From Chrysomallon squamiferum (lineage: Eukaryota; Animalia; Mollusca), in contig CM022672.1 of the NCBI GenBank assembly GCA_012295275.1, positions 6,758,001 through 6,822,000 on the forward strand: a stretch of 64,000 bases of DNA, written 5' to 3'. Both the position numbers and the translations under genes were made by a program. Below are positions 61,995 through 64,000 of this stretch, one piece after another. The notes beneath the pieces are model-generated. The model was not told the origin of the DNA, made no database searches, and saw nothing but the letters and a program-made list of their open reading frames with translations. Position 1 is the first letter of the stretch; each line of letters opens with the position of its first letter.

Positions 61995-63393
61995 TTATCT
62001 ACTACTTCTCTTTGACGTTCTTCTTGCATTTGATTGTCTTTTTGTATCCATAGATCTCATTTCATCATTTATTGTTCCAATATTTTTTGAATCATAATTT
62101 GTTTTTCCAAATATGTCCATCAAGGTTTTAGTCATAAAATATGGTCTTTGTTCACTTCCATCATTGTTTTCTTTATCTTCCACTGAAATTTATATTAGAA
62201 AAGATAAAATACAAGTTTCGTTGTTGCAATAAATATAAAAGATAAAATGAGCCGATTATTATAATGGATATGACTTAAGGTTAAATTAATATAAATGTAA
62301 AATCTTGATGTTCTGTTATCTTAAAAATATCTACTTTTGCTAAATTAATTTTTGTCAAAATAAATTTTCAATTATTTACTCACAGAAAGACATATACATG
62401 GTGCATACTGCCATACCATAGACTTCGAAGAAAGTAGATGCTATCAAAAATGTTATTAGTGTCAAAATCTGAATTGAATTAAAAAAGAAATAGTTAGCTT
62501 TTAATTTCTGGTATGACTGAACAAAACATAATTTTTTCACAGTAACATCAAGGTACTTTTCTTAATTCATCTACTAAACATCTTGTGTTGTCTTTTTGCT
62601 TTATGAAAATGTTACTTCTCCTTGCTACCAACAAACAAATGGCAAATAGCTGTTTGTCTGTTACAGTTTTTGACTTGAAAAATGCAGATTTATTCTTAAC
62701 CAGAACTGCTATGTTTGGCAAAGAGATGGCTGCCTTAAGGTATGGACACTGAGCAGCTGCCCCATGGGTGTTAGAGTCCATGTAAGGCACATGTTAATTG
62801 TCCATTACAAAGGGTCCCAGTGTGTTGCTTTGACCTGGGACCTACAATGCTGTTAAGATGGCCCTGGACAAAGAAACATCTATAAATTAAAAATATTTTG
62901 TTTCAATATTCCATACTGAGGTGTTATTTTGTATATTAAAAATGATTAAAACTGCAGTCTTAAAATATTAAAATATTCATAAAGTATGGAATTTAGACTT
63001 TTGGCATCAACAGGTATCCCTTTACCAATATTAGTCTGTTAATTTGAAGGTCTACCAAATATCCCTTCAAACTGAATTTACATTGTCAAAAGCTGTTGAT
63101 AACTGTAACAAAATTTGATAATACTTTGTTGGGTTTTTAACAGACGTTCATCAACCATTTGTTCTTGTTATTATTTCCTAATATATATATTAAGCTTACT
63201 GTTTTATTTGTATGCAGTTACACATATACACAGGCATAAATACACACACGCACAACTTAACAAAACTTAACTGTGACAAAAATGACCTTGGAAATAACAC
63301 TTACTAAAACTGGCACCAGATAACTATTTAATTCAGGAACATAATTTTTAAACATGGCCAGTTCTCCTTGAAAAAACAGTGATGAGATCATAA
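61995..63393 (-). CDS. Last three exons of a second choline transporter-like (SLC44) gene
   Basis: Exons 63305-63393 (MISSLFFQGELAMFKNYVPELNSYLVPVL), 62384-62468 (ILTLITFLIASTFFEVYGMAVCTMYMSF) and 61995-62182 (LEDKENNDGSEQRPYFMTKTLMDIFGK...*), GT-AG with consistent phases. They match the SLC44 C-terminal LNYY..P / Y.MAVDT.F.CF.ED.E.NDGS..RPY.M motifs. Confidence 0.88.
62720..62867. mobile_element. Possible degenerate PIF/Harbinger-type MITE in an intron
   Basis: GC-richer island ending GCTGTTAAGATGGCCCTG, with a weak complementary start (ATGGCTGCCTTAAGG); heavily decayed. Confidence 0.3.
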
Positions 63394-64000
63394 CTGCAAT
63401 ACAATCAAAAAAGACATTCCATTATTAAATGATTTACTATTGGGAAAAAACTTTTTAAAAATCTATTCATACACAAACATAACAATAATAATAAATGAAA
63501 AACTGATGATTCCTTAGATGAATTATAAGATTAAAATTTTATTCAAAAATTTATCGTTTCTAAAACCAGCTTACTTCATTTGGAAATACATCACTGAACA
63601 ATTCTGAAAAACTCCCAGAAATGCTTCAATAGTTATTTTTTAAATTTCAAATAAAATGGTAAACGGATACCTGTGAAATGTTCATATACAGAATTTTGTG
63701 AGTTTATAAATGTATTTTGATTAAAAAATTGAGGATTTAGTGAATTAAATGTAATGTAAACATATTAAGAAAAAAAATACAAAAACAAAAAAAATACAGC
63801 TACAACAAAAAATAAATAAATGTTATAAATAAATAAATAAATGTAATGAAAAAAAATAAAATAAAAATAAAATAAAAGGCATAATTAGGCAATATTTTTT
63901 CCTGTGAAGACATTATATATATATATAAAAACATATACTAAGGTTAAATTTAACAATGTTTTCTTTAGATAGCCAACACCAATATAATAATTTACAGGAT

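Noticed and set aside
63575-63670. AG/GT-bounded segment upstream of the second SLC44 gene's exon at 63393
   Set aside because: It has an in-frame stop and no similarity to the expected preceding SLC44 exon (V.D.V.DF.....K....G).

Overview
AT-rich, microsatellite-dense animal genomic DNA with spliceosomal introns; the repeat types suggest a mollusc, which is an inference. It consists of two contigs joined by a 200-N gap (28422-28621). The left contig holds a possible minus-strand micro-exon gene (<1-~5100), a FABP/intracellular lipid-binding protein gene (+, exons 2-4), and the last five exons of a clan GH-D/Sip1-like glycoside hydrolase gene (-). It ends in a 5.4-kb array of a GC-rich 374-bp satellite. 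The right contig holds a 20-exon choline transporter-like SLC44 gene (-, 52112 to 29151, 3' end cut off by the gap, one U12-type intron) and the last three exons of a second SLC44 gene (63393 to 61995). The most striking structure involves a 2.7-kb non-autonomous Sola2-like DNA transposon with ~630-bp TIRs in SLC44 intron 2. A 6.19-kb composite copy of it (54713-60898), bounded by element ends with matching ATAT flanks, has captured 3.4 kb of host DNA including the SLC44 upstream region and coding exons 1-2. All exon calls were made by hand from splice sites and phase arithmetic; protein family calls rest on motif recall, not database searches.
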